Source: Chloroflexota bacterium (GTDB lineage Bacteria; Chloroflexota; Dormibacteria; CF-121). From it: DNA of 53,697 bases. Shown piece after piece: positions 16,905 to 25,367 of the stretch (its first letter is position 1; every line of letters starts with the position of its first letter). The stretch spans positions 1-53,697 of the forward strand of contig VBJI01000076.1 of the NCBI GenBank assembly GCA_005880875.1, given 5' to 3'. The translations under genes were made by a program, and so were the position numbers. The notes beneath the pieces were generated by a model that did no database searches, was not told where the DNA came from, and saw nothing but the letters and a program-made list of their open reading frames with translations.

Positions 16905-19900
16905 TTACCAGCCGTAAGGGCCGGTCGACGTCGTCGAGTATTCGCGGGCCTCGGCGTGGTTGGCCATGGCGGTCCGGTAGAGCCCGACATATTGATCGGC
17001 CGAGTGCAGCCAGCTGACATCGGTCGACATCGCGTTGGCCTGGAGCCGGCGCCAGAGGGTTGGCTGGCGGAACGTCTCCACCGCCCGCACCACCTGCGCG
17101 TAGAGGTCCCAGTGGTCGTAGGCGCTAAAGACGAAGCCATTGCCAGTCTGCCGGACCGGATCCCAGTCGTCGATCGTGTCCGCCAGGCCGCCGGTGGCGC
17201 GCACGATCGGAATGGTCCCGTAGCGCAGGCTGATCAGCTGGCCGAGGCCGCAGGGCTCGAATCGCGACGGCATCATGAACATATCCGAGCCGGCGTAGAT
17301 GTGCTGCGCGAGCACCGGTTTGAAGCCGATCGTGGCGGAGACCTTCTGCGGATTGTCGCGGGCATTGGTGCGGAACATCTCCTCGTAGCGCGCGTCGCCG
17401 GCGCCGAGCACGACGAGCTGCAGGTTCAACCGCATCAATCCCCACATGATGTTGGCGATCAGGTCGAGGCCCTTCTGGTCGTAGAGCCGCGAGATCATGC
17501 CGATCACGGGGACGGTGGGGTCCTGCGGCAGGCCGACCTCCTTTTGCAGCGCCAGTTTGTTTTCGACCTTCTTCTCGATGCTCCCGATGTCGTAACGGGC
17601 CGCCAGGGCGGCGTCGCTGGACGGGTTGAAGACGTCGTAATCGATGCCGTTGATGATCCCGCGCAGTTTGCCGCGAAAGACCCGCAGCAGGGGGTCCATC
17701 TTCTCGCCGTACTCGGGGGTCAGGATCTCTTCCGCGTAGCGATTGCTCACGGTATTGACAACGTCCGCGAAAAACAGCCCGCGTCCGAGCAGGTTGACGA
17801 TGTCGTCCAGCCCTGAGATGCCGGCCTTGATCAGCCCCCACTGCTCCAGGTCCGCCAGGTGCAAGGTGCCATAACCGAAAACGCCCTGGAAGGCAAGGTT
17901 GTGGATGGTCAGGACGGTGGCGATGCCGGCGTAGTCGGGGTCCGAGGCGTACAGGCGAGCGAGCATATTCGGAATCACCGCGGTGTGCCAGTCGTTGACG
18001 TGGATCACATCAGGCAAAAAGCCCAGCGGGCGAAGCATCTCGAGCGCGGCCCGGCTGAAGTAGATGAAGCGCGCGTCGTCGTCCCAGAACCCGTACATCC
18101 CCTCTCGACCGAAGAACTGGGGGTTCTCGATGAAATAGATCGGCACGTCGTCCCCAATGCGCCCCTCGAGCACATCGGCGTTGACCGGTTGATGCGCCAG
18201 CGGCACCCCCAGGTTCGTCACGATCCGGCGCAGCCCGTATTTCTCGACATCGATACTCCCGTATCGGGGCATCACGACCCTGACGTCGTGCCCCATGGCG
18301 CGCAGCGCTTTCGGCAGCGCGCCGGCGACGTCGGCCAGCCCGCCGACCTTGGCGAAGGGCGCGACCTCGGCGGAGACGACCAGGATCTTGAGCGGCTCGT
18401 TGTGGCGTCCCGCAAAGACATCCCCTGGCACGCGAACCGCGATCGATCCAGTCGGCGGCAGCCGCTCCACCGGCTTCCCATCCTCGAAGGCGGTCGCCAC
18501 CATCTCGAGGGTCTGGCCCGGATCGTGGCCGAGAACGTCGAACGGCACCGCGAAGGCCAGCGCCTCGCCGGCACTCGCTCGACCGGTCCACCGCGGCCGT
18601 GGGCCACTCCCGGGCGTCGCGTCCTTGAGCTCCAGGGCGAACTCTGAACCGGCCGCCTGGGCCGAAAGCGCCGAGGTCGGACCCCCCTCGCCGGAAAAGC
18701 GCAGCTCGAGCTCTACCCCGGGTCCCTGCTTTCCGGCAACCAGGTCGAAACGCAAATACAGGTTGCGGTCGTCATGGCCGAACCAGATGCGGCGCACCGT
18801 TCCCCTGGGCGGGTGCATCGCCCCGAACAGCGCGGTGACGTCCACATAGCCGCCCGCATTCCACTCTTCCTGATCGACCACGCCATTCAGCTTCGGCGTG
18901 ATCCGTCGGTCAGGCCGTTTGGAGGCTGAGCCCGCGGCCTCCTTGACGATCGGCTGATAGAGGATCGCCGGTGGCGGCTGCTCGAGCGACATATAGATGT
19001 TGCGCAGGTGCAGCCGGAACAGGCTGTCCCAGATCTGGTCCATACCGGAGTCGTGGGACCGTCCAAACCACCAGAACCAGTCGCTCCCCTCGGCGATCAG
19101 CGCCTCCCGCCGCGCCAGGTTGAGCCGGTCGGGGTCATCGGCGGCCCGTTCGCGATCGCCGACGAAGGCCCGGGCGTCGGCCAGCCGATCCCAGGCCGCA
19201 TTGTGGGCCTGGTCGCCCACCCAGGTGTCGAAGTTGGCGTTGATCCAGGAGCCGGGATGGATGCGGGCCAGCGAGCGCGTCGTGGGAAACGCTTCGAGAT
19301 ATTCGGAGACGGTGACCGTCTTGAGACTCGCGTCGCTGCCGACTCGGCTATAGAGGGCCCGCAGAAAGGGGTTGCCGTTCGCCTCGTAGAAGTCCCAGCA
19401 GTTCTCGCCGTCGAGAGCGATCACGGCCAGGAACGCCTGCTCCTGCTGGCGCTGGTGAATCTGGTGCAGCCGATCGATCAGATCATTCGCCGCTTCATCG
19501 GCGCCCCGGCTCTGGTACTCGAAGCCAATGGCGTTCGAAAGCCTGGCGTCGCGGAAGAGGACGTGCATCGGCGGCCCTGCGGTCTGTGCGCGGTAGGGCG
19601 AGTACAGCAGCTCGGGCTCAACGACCCGGCCATCGCCATCTCGATTGATCGGACCGCCGAGCGATCGCGCCAGCACGCCCTCGTCGCTGATCATCCATTC
19701 CAGCCCCTGCTCGGCGGCGAGGCGGGCGACCTCATCCGAGATCGATGCCTCCGGCGGCCACATCCCGCGGGGACGCGCGCCAAAGACGCGGGTGTGGGCC
19801 TCGATGCCTCGACGAAGCTGCTCAGCCGCATCGTCCGGATGCTGGAAGGATCGACGCGGCATCGCCAGGTCCGGACGAGCGATCCGGGCGGCGTCCAGGT

Positions 19901-20573
19901 TGGCGATCAGCGGCAAAATCGGGTGGTAGTAGGGGCTGGTGACGAGTTCGGCCTGGCCACGCCGCTGTAGCTCGCGATATTTGGGCAGGACCTTGCGGGT
20001 CTGCTCGAGGTGAAGCTGGAGGATCGGCTCCTTGTCGTCTTCGCCGAACTCCCGGCCTTTGCGCACCAGCTCCGCGATCCGCGGATTTTGCGCGATGGTC
20101 TCTGGATCAATCCACGAGAGGTTGAACCAGACCTGCAGATCCCGGAGCTCCGCATCGGAGAAGAGTTTCGCCGCGTCGGCGGCGGCACGAGGCCAGGCCT
20201 CCTCACGCCTGCGCACCAGGTCCAGATAGCGCGGATACTGCCGGACCCGTCGGATCTGGCTCGACTCCGTCATCCAGCGGGTGATGAAAGCCCGCTCCTC
20301 GCTCGAAAGCTCGGTTACCGGCCGGCGGGCGAGGTCGAGGTAGACATCGGTGAAACGTCCGTCGACGTAGTCCTGCACCTGGGCGACGAGCGCCGGCACC
20401 AGGTTGAACGTCTGTTTGATGGTCGGGTAGTCGTCGAGCAACGCCGGCATCCGGTAATAGTCTTTGGCGCAACGCAAGCGGACCCAGGGCAGCAGAAACG
20501 TGTTCTCCAGATCGTCCTTGTAGTACGGCTGGTGCATGTGCCAGACGAACGCCACATGCAGGGGTCGCGTCAC
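16905..20573 (-). CDS. GH57 (AmyC/amylase-type, with DUF1925/1926-like region) fused to GT5 glycogen/starch synthase (GlgA)
   Basis: All five GH57 regions are present: WHMHQPYY, GQAELVTSPYYHPILP, MWPPEASIS, ALDGENCW and AEGSDWFWWFG. From residue ~728 it reads LKILVVSAEVAPFAKVGGLADVAGALPKAL, with ...PSRFEPCGLGQLISLRYGTIPIVRATGGLADTI further on, which are GlgA signatures. Confidence 0.9.
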   Translation of the reverse strand: MTRPLHVAFVWHMHQPYYKDDLENTFLLPWVRLRCAKDYYRMPALLDDYPTIKQTFNLVPALVAQVQDYVDGRFTDVYLDLARRPVTELSSEERAFITRWMTESSQIRRVRQYPRYLDLVRRREEAWPRAAADAAKLFSDAELRDLQVWFNLSWIDPETIAQNPRIAELVRKGREFGEDDKEPILQLHLEQTRKVLPKYRELQRRGQAELVTSPYYHPILPLIANLDAARIARPDLAMPRRSFQHPDDAAEQLRRGIEAHTRVFGARPRGMWPPEASISDEVARLAAEQGLEWMISDEGVLARSLGGPINRDGDGRVVEPELLYSPYRAQTAGPPMHVLFRDARLSNAIGFEYQSRGADEAANDLIDRLHQIHQRQQEQAFLAVIALDGENCWDFYEANGNPFLRALYSRVGSDASLKTVTVSEYLEAFPTTRSLARIHPGSWINANFDTWVGDQAHNAAWDRLADARAFVGDRERAADDPDRLNLARREALIAEGSDWFWWFGRSHDSGMDQIWDSLFRLHLRNIYMSLEQPPPAILYQPIVKEAAGSASKRPDRRITPKLNGVVDQEEWNAGGYVDVTALFGAMHPPRGTVRRIWFGHDDRNLYLRFDLVAGKQGPGVELELRFSGEGGPTSALSAQAAGSEFALELKDATPGSGPRPRWTGRASAGEALAFAVPFDVLGHDPGQTLEMVATAFEDGKPVERLPPTGSIAVRVPGDVFAGRHNEPLKILVVSAEVAPFAKVGGLADVAGALPKALRAMGHDVRVVMPRYGSIDVEKYGLRRIVTNLGVPLAHQPVNADVLEGRIGDDVPIYFIENPQFFGREGMYGFWDDDARFIYFSRAALEMLRPLGFLPDVIHVNDWHTAVIPNMLARLYASDPDYAGIATVLTIHNLAFQGVFGYGTLHLADLEQWGLIKAGISGLDDIVNLLGRGLFFADVVNTVSNRYAEEILTPEYGEKMDPLLRVFRGKLRGIINGIDYDVFNPSSDAALAARYDIGSIEKKVENKLALQKEVGLPQDPTVPVIGMISRLYDQKGLDLIANIMWGLMRLNLQLVVLGAGDARYEEMFRTNARDNPQKVSATIGFKPVLAQHIYAGSDMFMMPSRFEPCGLGQLISLRYGTIPIVRATGGLADTIDDWDPVRQTGNGFVFSAYDHWDLYAQVVRAVETFRQPTLWRRLQANAMSTDVSWLHSADQYVGLYRTAMANHAEAREYSTTSTGPYGW

Positions 20574-20588
20574 GGGGAAGAAGTCTAA

Positions 20589-21341
20589 CTAACCAACCGC
20601 TTTTTTCAGCGGCTCTGGCAGCACTGCGTTGTAGACGTAGCGCAGGCGGGGGGAGTACTCGACGCTGATCCGGTCGCCGGGGCGCAGGCGCTCGAAGGCG
20701 GACTTGTCGATGCGGAACGATTCGGCCCATAACCGCTTGGCCATTGCTCGGTCGCCTGCCTGCACGGCAATCCGGTAGGTTCGGCCGAAGACGCCGGCGT
20801 CTCGCCGCATGCCCACCACCAGACCGACCATCGAACCTCGCCGCGCGGTCATGTCGAGGATGGCGCGGACCAGGACCGAGAGACCAAGAGGGATCAGGAT
20901 GGTCGAGCACGCGATGGTGAAGATCATCAGCGTGGTCCAGATCGAGCTCACCGGGCGAAAGACGGAATCGACCAGCCGGGGAGCGACGGCGGCCGCCGCC
21001 GCGCAACCCAGGGTCACCGAGGCGAATCCGCCGATCGCCGCCAGCCGGGGCGGCTCGCCGCGGCTGACCGACCAGAGGTGCCATTTGACTCGGGGCCGCA
21101 TTGGCCGGCCGTCGGGACCGACGGCGATCATCAGGTGTCCCCAGGGCAGGGCGCCATGCGCCAGGCGCAGGATCAATAGTGATCCCAGCGCGACGGCGAC
21201 CAGTGACAGGTCGATGACGGCCGGCAGCGGAGGCACGGGAAAGGTGGGCACCCCTGACGCGTATAACCGGAGCTTGCGAGCCGACCTTGCAGCGCCCGAA
21301 TACGGATCGTATTCGGAACCATGACGGGTCAGGCGCAACAC
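20589..21341 (-). CDS. Hypothetical membrane protein (about 4 TM plus a soluble C-terminal domain)
   Basis: It has hydrophobic segments (VIDLSLVAVALGSLLIL, AAIGGFASVTLGCAAAAAV, IWTTLMIFTIACSTILIPLGLSVLV) and a C-terminal domain YRIAVQAGDRAM...RISVEYSPRLRYVYN. It starts at a GTG, and I do not recognise the family. Confidence 0.55.
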   Translation of the reverse strand: MLRLTRHGSEYDPYSGAARSARKLRLYASGVPTFPVPPLPAVIDLSLVAVALGSLLILRLAHGALPWGHLMIAVGPDGRPMRPRVKWHLWSVSRGEPPRLAAIGGFASVTLGCAAAAAVAPRLVDSVFRPVSSIWTTLMIFTIACSTILIPLGLSVLVRAILDMTARRGSMVGLVVGMRRDAGVFGRTYRIAVQAGDRAMAKRLWAESFRIDKSAFERLRPGDRISVEYSPRLRYVYNAVLPEPLKKAVG

Positions 21342-21390
21342 CTCGCATTTCCCTCCCCCTCCGGGGCAGGGCAGGGTGGGGGCCGACGCG

Positions 21391-21816
21391 CTAGCGCGAC
21401 CTGGCGCTGGTGTACTGGCGGACCTTGTCGCGAAGTCGCGGCAGGGGATCGGTCTTGAGGAAATACTCGTCGCAGCCCGCCTTCTTCGCCTCTTCCGGGG
21501 TGGCCATCCCGGCGGTGTAGACGATCACCTTGATGTCGGGCGAATACTTGCTCTGGCGGATCCGGCGGCAGAGCTGCAACCCGTCGATGCCGGGCATCTG
21601 AATGTCGGCGACGACCACGGACGGGAGGACGTCAACGCACAGCTTCCAGGCCTCGTCGCCATCCCTGGCTTCCATCACCTCGTGGCCGTCCAGCTCGAGG
21701 AGGGTCCGGAGCATGGTCCGGACATCCTGATCGTCGTCCGCAACCACGATGGGAGGCAGGCCACTGGTGGGGAGTGGAGCAGGGACACCACCCTCACGGA
21801 GCCCCCGCCTCATCAT
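21391..21816 (-). CDS. Single-domain response regulator (CheY-like receiver only)
   Basis: It has IVVADDDQDVR, the phospho-acceptor context VVVADIQMPGIDG, then VIVYTAG and YFLKTD. There is no output domain and no histidine kinase in the window. Confidence 0.85.
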   Translation of the reverse strand: MMRRGLREGGVPAPLPTSGLPPIVVADDDQDVRTMLRTLLELDGHEVMEARDGDEAWKLCVDVLPSVVVADIQMPGIDGLQLCRRIRQSKYSPDIKVIVYTAGMATPEEAKKAGCDEYFLKTDPLPRLRDKVRQYTSARSR

Positions 21817-21825
21817 TCCTACAGG

Positions 21826-21855
21826 ATTCTATGTTGGCTGAGTATCAAGCGGCAA
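21826..21855 (-). promoter_or_regulatory. Putative promoter (TTGCCG-18 nt-TAGAAT) giving a near-leaderless transcript for the receiver gene
   Basis: Read on the minus strand. The -10 ends 9 nt before the ATG at 21816, so the predicted 5' UTR is only a few nt. Confidence 0.35.
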
Positions 21856-21939
21856 GGAGGCATCGTATCCCGGTTTTCGACGCGTCGCGATGTGCCTTAC
21901 CCGGTAACCGCGCGCAACCATTTGGCGACGAATCGCAGT

Positions 21940-23181
21940 CTAGGCGTATTCATCCATGGCGCGGAGGAAGTTGACGTACACCCGCTGCTGCTCACGCAGG
22001 ATGCCCAAGCCGCCCAGCTCCCACCACTCGTCGGGAGTGAAATACGCCGACACTTCCGCCTGGCTGCCCGCCTTGGAAAACCACTGGATCAGATGCAGGT
22101 TGTCTGATTGCAGCAGCCACAGTGCGATATCCATCAAGTGCGGGTGCTTCGTCAGCTTCGCCTTGTTGTAGATGTGGTGCATCAGCCGGAAAATCCCCTG
22201 CTGCGCCTCGTTGCCGAGAAAGAAATCCATGCCGCCGTCCCCCGCCCAGGTGCACCCGTACTCGGGCAGTGGCATCTCGTGCACATCGGGGAAGCCGGCG
22301 ATCGCCTCGGATGGCGTGAGATAGCGCATCTTTTTCGCCACGAAGTCGTCGTGCAGGGCGTGCATGAAGGGGAAGATGCCGGAGTCGGCTCGGTGGTGTT
22401 CCCCGAAGGTTTCGAAATCCCAGGCGAGGAAGACAAACTCCCCCATCGCCTGGCGCACCCAGTTGGCGTAGGTATCGGCCATCAGGGGCCAGCCGTTCCA
22501 CTCGCGATTGCTGAACCGGTAACCGACGTCGTCGCTCAGCTCGTAGTGCCGGGTGAACAGTCGCATGGCTTCGTTCGGATATCGGTAGAGGTGGGTCGGC
22601 TCCCGCCAGCCCATCACCCAGGGCCGCCCATCCATGACCGCGCCCTTGAAGCCGCTGAGCTGCAGTTGGAAATAGATGTCGTTCGACATGAACATTTCGG
22701 TGGTGTCCGTCACCGCGATCGGCTTCTGGAACGTCTCTTCGAGCTGTCGCTTCCCCCAGGCCATTCGCTCGGCGAACGCCGCGATGTCGAGGTAGAAGAT
22801 GAACGAGTGGTAGGGTTCGACCGCCACCAGCTCGACGTTCTCATGGCTGGCGAGCTTCTGGAAGCCGCTGAGCACATCCGGGCCGAAGCGTCGCATCTGC
22901 AACAAGAGCGACACCGAGAATCCCAGCGAGATCTTCATGCCGCGCTCGACGAGTGACGTAAAGAGCTCGGTCGACGGCCGGTAACAGTATTTGGCCACCT
23001 TGTCGAAATAGCGGCGGTCCATCTGCTCGTCGAAGATGAGCGCATCCATCTTTTCGGGCGCGGTGCCGCGCGGGATCAGCTGCGCCGGCAGCCGGACGCG
23101 CCGTGGTTGATGGGCGACCATGTAGATCACCAGGGCATTTGGCACGTCGTCTATCCTCTCAAAGCGGGCCCGCCGGCCCAC
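21940..23181 (-). CDS. Glycoside hydrolase family 57 protein (short ~410-aa type)
   Basis: It has LVIYMVAHQPRR, VELVAVEPYHSFIFYL, TDTTEMFMSNDI and FLAWDFETFGEHH (GH57 regions I-IV). It starts at a GTG. Confidence 0.85.
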   Translation of the reverse strand: MGRRARFERIDDVPNALVIYMVAHQPRRVRLPAQLIPRGTAPEKMDALIFDEQMDRRYFDKVAKYCYRPSTELFTSLVERGMKISLGFSVSLLLQMRRFGPDVLSGFQKLASHENVELVAVEPYHSFIFYLDIAAFAERMAWGKRQLEETFQKPIAVTDTTEMFMSNDIYFQLQLSGFKGAVMDGRPWVMGWREPTHLYRYPNEAMRLFTRHYELSDDVGYRFSNREWNGWPLMADTYANWVRQAMGEFVFLAWDFETFGEHHRADSGIFPFMHALHDDFVAKKMRYLTPSEAIAGFPDVHEMPLPEYGCTWAGDGGMDFFLGNEAQQGIFRLMHHIYNKAKLTKHPHLMDIALWLLQSDNLHLIQWFSKAGSQAEVSAYFTPDEWWELGGLGILREQQRVYVNFLRAMDEYA

Positions 23182-23211
23182 ACGAGCCGCGCTTCGACGC
23201 TTGAACGTTTA

Positions 23212-24495
23212 TCACGAGAGCTTCAGTCCCTGCTTGATCGCGACGTAATCCAGCCGCTGCAGCAGGATGTCGATCACCCGCTGCCAGGTGTAGTCCCGGG
23301 CGGTTCGCTGCGCCGCGATCCGGAGGTTGCGAGCCGTCTCCGGATGTTCCGCCAGGTGCGTGACATAGGCCACGATCTCGGCCGCGTCGTCGGTTTCGAT
23401 GACCATCGCGTTCTTGAACGGTTCCGCGTACTCCTCGCCGGTGGCGCCGACGAAGGCGACGCCGCCGGATGCCATCGCTTCCAGCCCAACCAGGCCGAAC
23501 GGCTCGTGGCCGCTGTTGGCCAGCGTTGCGGTCGCCGACGCATAGAGAACCGGTAACAGGTCATCCGGCAGGAATGCCGTGACATTCCAGATGTCCGCGT
23601 CGGCGTTTTCCTTGAGCGTCCGAGCCAGGCTGGCGACGTCCTCGATCCGGCTGGAGAGCGGCGCCACCCGGAGACCGCGCTGCGCGGCAAAGTCCAGCAC
23701 CTCACCGCCGAACGGTTCCAATCCGCCGCGCATCAACATCCGGGTTGGCACCCCGCGATCCCGCAATTGCGCCACCGCGGCCACCGCCTGGTGCCAGCGT
23801 TTGTCCGGGCTGAAGCGGCCGATCTTGAAGACAAAGGCCGGGGCGCCGACGGCGGTCCGCACCGCTCGGACCTGGGCCTGGCTGACCCTGGCCATCATCG
23901 ATCCCGGGATGCCGTTCGGGACGACAATCGGGTTGACGCCCCAGCGCCACATGATGTGCTTCATGTAGCGGCTGACGGTGAGCAGGGTGCAGGTGAAGGC
24001 GAGCTGACCCCAGTTGATGCGGTGGAAGGCGAAGTGGTTGTTGGCGTTCCAGAGCAGCAGGCAGCGATCGCGCAGCCCGGCGAAGTAGAGCCCGTCCGAG
24101 ATCAGGGTCATGGCATGGGCGATGTGCCACTCCTCGCCGAGTACCACGACCGTGTTCCCGCGCGCGATCGCCGGCTTGATATAGGCGTTGAGCAGAGCGT
24201 CCGGAAGGCTGCGGTTGAGGTCCGCCACTTTGTCGTCCTCACCCTCGTAGACGCCCACCGGATGGTAGCGGCTGATCCACTGGCTCCAGCGGTGCAGCCA
24301 GAGCCGGCCTTCCAGGGCGCTCTCGTCGGCGGGAAGCGTCGGGTCACCGACGAAGAACAGATGCGTCTCGTAGCCCCGCTCGGCGAGCGCCCGCGAGAGT
24401 TCCTTGACTCGCACACCGAGACCGCCCGCCTGCGAGTAGATGTCGGGCCCTTCGAACGAGAGCAGGATGAACGTCGTCTGCTCCGGCTCCAGCAT
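23212..24495 (-). CDS. GT-B fold retaining glycosyltransferase, GT4-like (acceptor unknown)
   Basis: The N-terminus is FILLSFEGPDIYSQAGGLGVRVKELSRALAERGYETHLFFVGDP. The C-terminal E-x7-E-like region is NSGHEPFGLVGLEAMASGGVAF. Its ATG shares 1 nt with the upstream stop (TGATG). Confidence 0.75.
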   Translation of the reverse strand: MLEPEQTTFILLSFEGPDIYSQAGGLGVRVKELSRALAERGYETHLFFVGDPTLPADESALEGRLWLHRWSQWISRYHPVGVYEGEDDKVADLNRSLPDALLNAYIKPAIARGNTVVVLGEEWHIAHAMTLISDGLYFAGLRDRCLLLWNANNHFAFHRINWGQLAFTCTLLTVSRYMKHIMWRWGVNPIVVPNGIPGSMMARVSQAQVRAVRTAVGAPAFVFKIGRFSPDKRWHQAVAAVAQLRDRGVPTRMLMRGGLEPFGGEVLDFAAQRGLRVAPLSSRIEDVASLARTLKENADADIWNVTAFLPDDLLPVLYASATATLANSGHEPFGLVGLEAMASGGVAFVGATGEEYAEPFKNAMVIETDDAAEIVAYVTHLAEHPETARNLRIAAQRTARDYTWQRVIDILLQRLDYVAIKQGLKLS

Positions 24496-25367
24496 CAGGC
24501 GACCCGCGCCCCCAGGAGTTCGAGGCCGAAGCCGTGGATCGCCGGGGTGAGCGAGGCCAGCAGCGTGGTGCGCGAGTCCAGCCGAACCGAGACACCCTCC
24601 AGCGGGCGTCCCGCGAAGTCGGTCGCCACCCCGCCCGCCTCGCGGAGGATCAGCAGCGGCGCGGCCAGGTCGAAGGCCCGGACCGGGGCAGGCGTCACCT
24701 GCAGCGCGATGCCGCCGGCGGCAGCGTGGCAGAGGTTCAGGGCCGCCGAGCCAAGCTGACGGACCTTTTCCGCCCGGGCGAGGATCCGGGCCGCCCCTTC
24801 CCGCGGGTCGACACCGGTGGGCGCGTCGAGCTGGACCACCGGGATGGTGCGACCGTCAAACGGCGGCGGGTCGGGCTGGAGCGGGTGACCGTCCCGGAAG
24901 GCGCCGCCGCCGCTCACGGCGTGGAACTCGGCGCCGGTCACCAGGTTTTGCACGTAGCCGAGACGCACGTCTTGAAATCGGTCACCCTGCGTGGCGGCCA
25001 GCACGACGGCATAGTATGGCAGCCCCATCTTGGCGTTGACGCTGCCATCCAGCGGGTCCGCCAACACGAGCGCATCGCCGCCGAAGTCCCGTTCGCCGAG
25101 CTCCTCGGAGATCAGCTGGAAGCGGAGCCCGCTGCGATAGGCTTTTTCCAGGTGCTCCACCACGACCTGCTCGGCGAGCTGATCCAGGTAGATGGTCTGG
25201 TCGCCGCCGGCGCCGCTGCCGACGACCTCGCGGCCTCTGGTGGTGCCCGCCAGCGGCGAGATCACGGCCCGAACCTCCACGGCAATGGCCCGAAAAATGG
25301 GAAGCCAGTCTTGTGAGGACACTGAGTGAAACGGCCGCCAGGCCGTTGACTCGCTATCGTACCCCAA
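24495..25367 (-). CDS. Inositol monophosphatase / archaeal-type FBPase family phosphatase
   Basis: It has ISEELG, LADPLDGSVNA (the DPxDG motif) and FDLAAPLLILREAGG (equivalent to WDxAAG). The track start is a TTG, and GTG 25322 is an alternative. Confidence 0.8.
   Translation of the reverse strand: MGYDSESTAWRPFHSVSSQDWLPIFRAIAVEVRAVISPLAGTTRGREVVGSGAGGDQTIYLDQLAEQVVVEHLEKAYRSGLRFQLISEELGERDFGGDALVLADPLDGSVNAKMGLPYYAVVLAATQGDRFQDVRLGYVQNLVTGAEFHAVSGGGAFRDGHPLQPDPPPFDGRTIPVVQLDAPTGVDPREGAARILARAEKVRQLGSAALNLCHAAAGGIALQVTPAPVRAFDLAAPLLILREAGGVATDFAGRPLEGVSVRLDSRTTLLASLTPAIHGFGLELLGARVA

Noticed and set aside
21854-21974. A plus-strand AAGGAGG at 21854-21860 and the 66-aa ORF 21774..21974
   Set aside because: The ORF overlaps the receiver-gene start and the GH57 3' end, is His/Arg/Pro-rich, and the SD-like string is not followed by a start codon. 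It is more likely part of the minus-strand promoter region.
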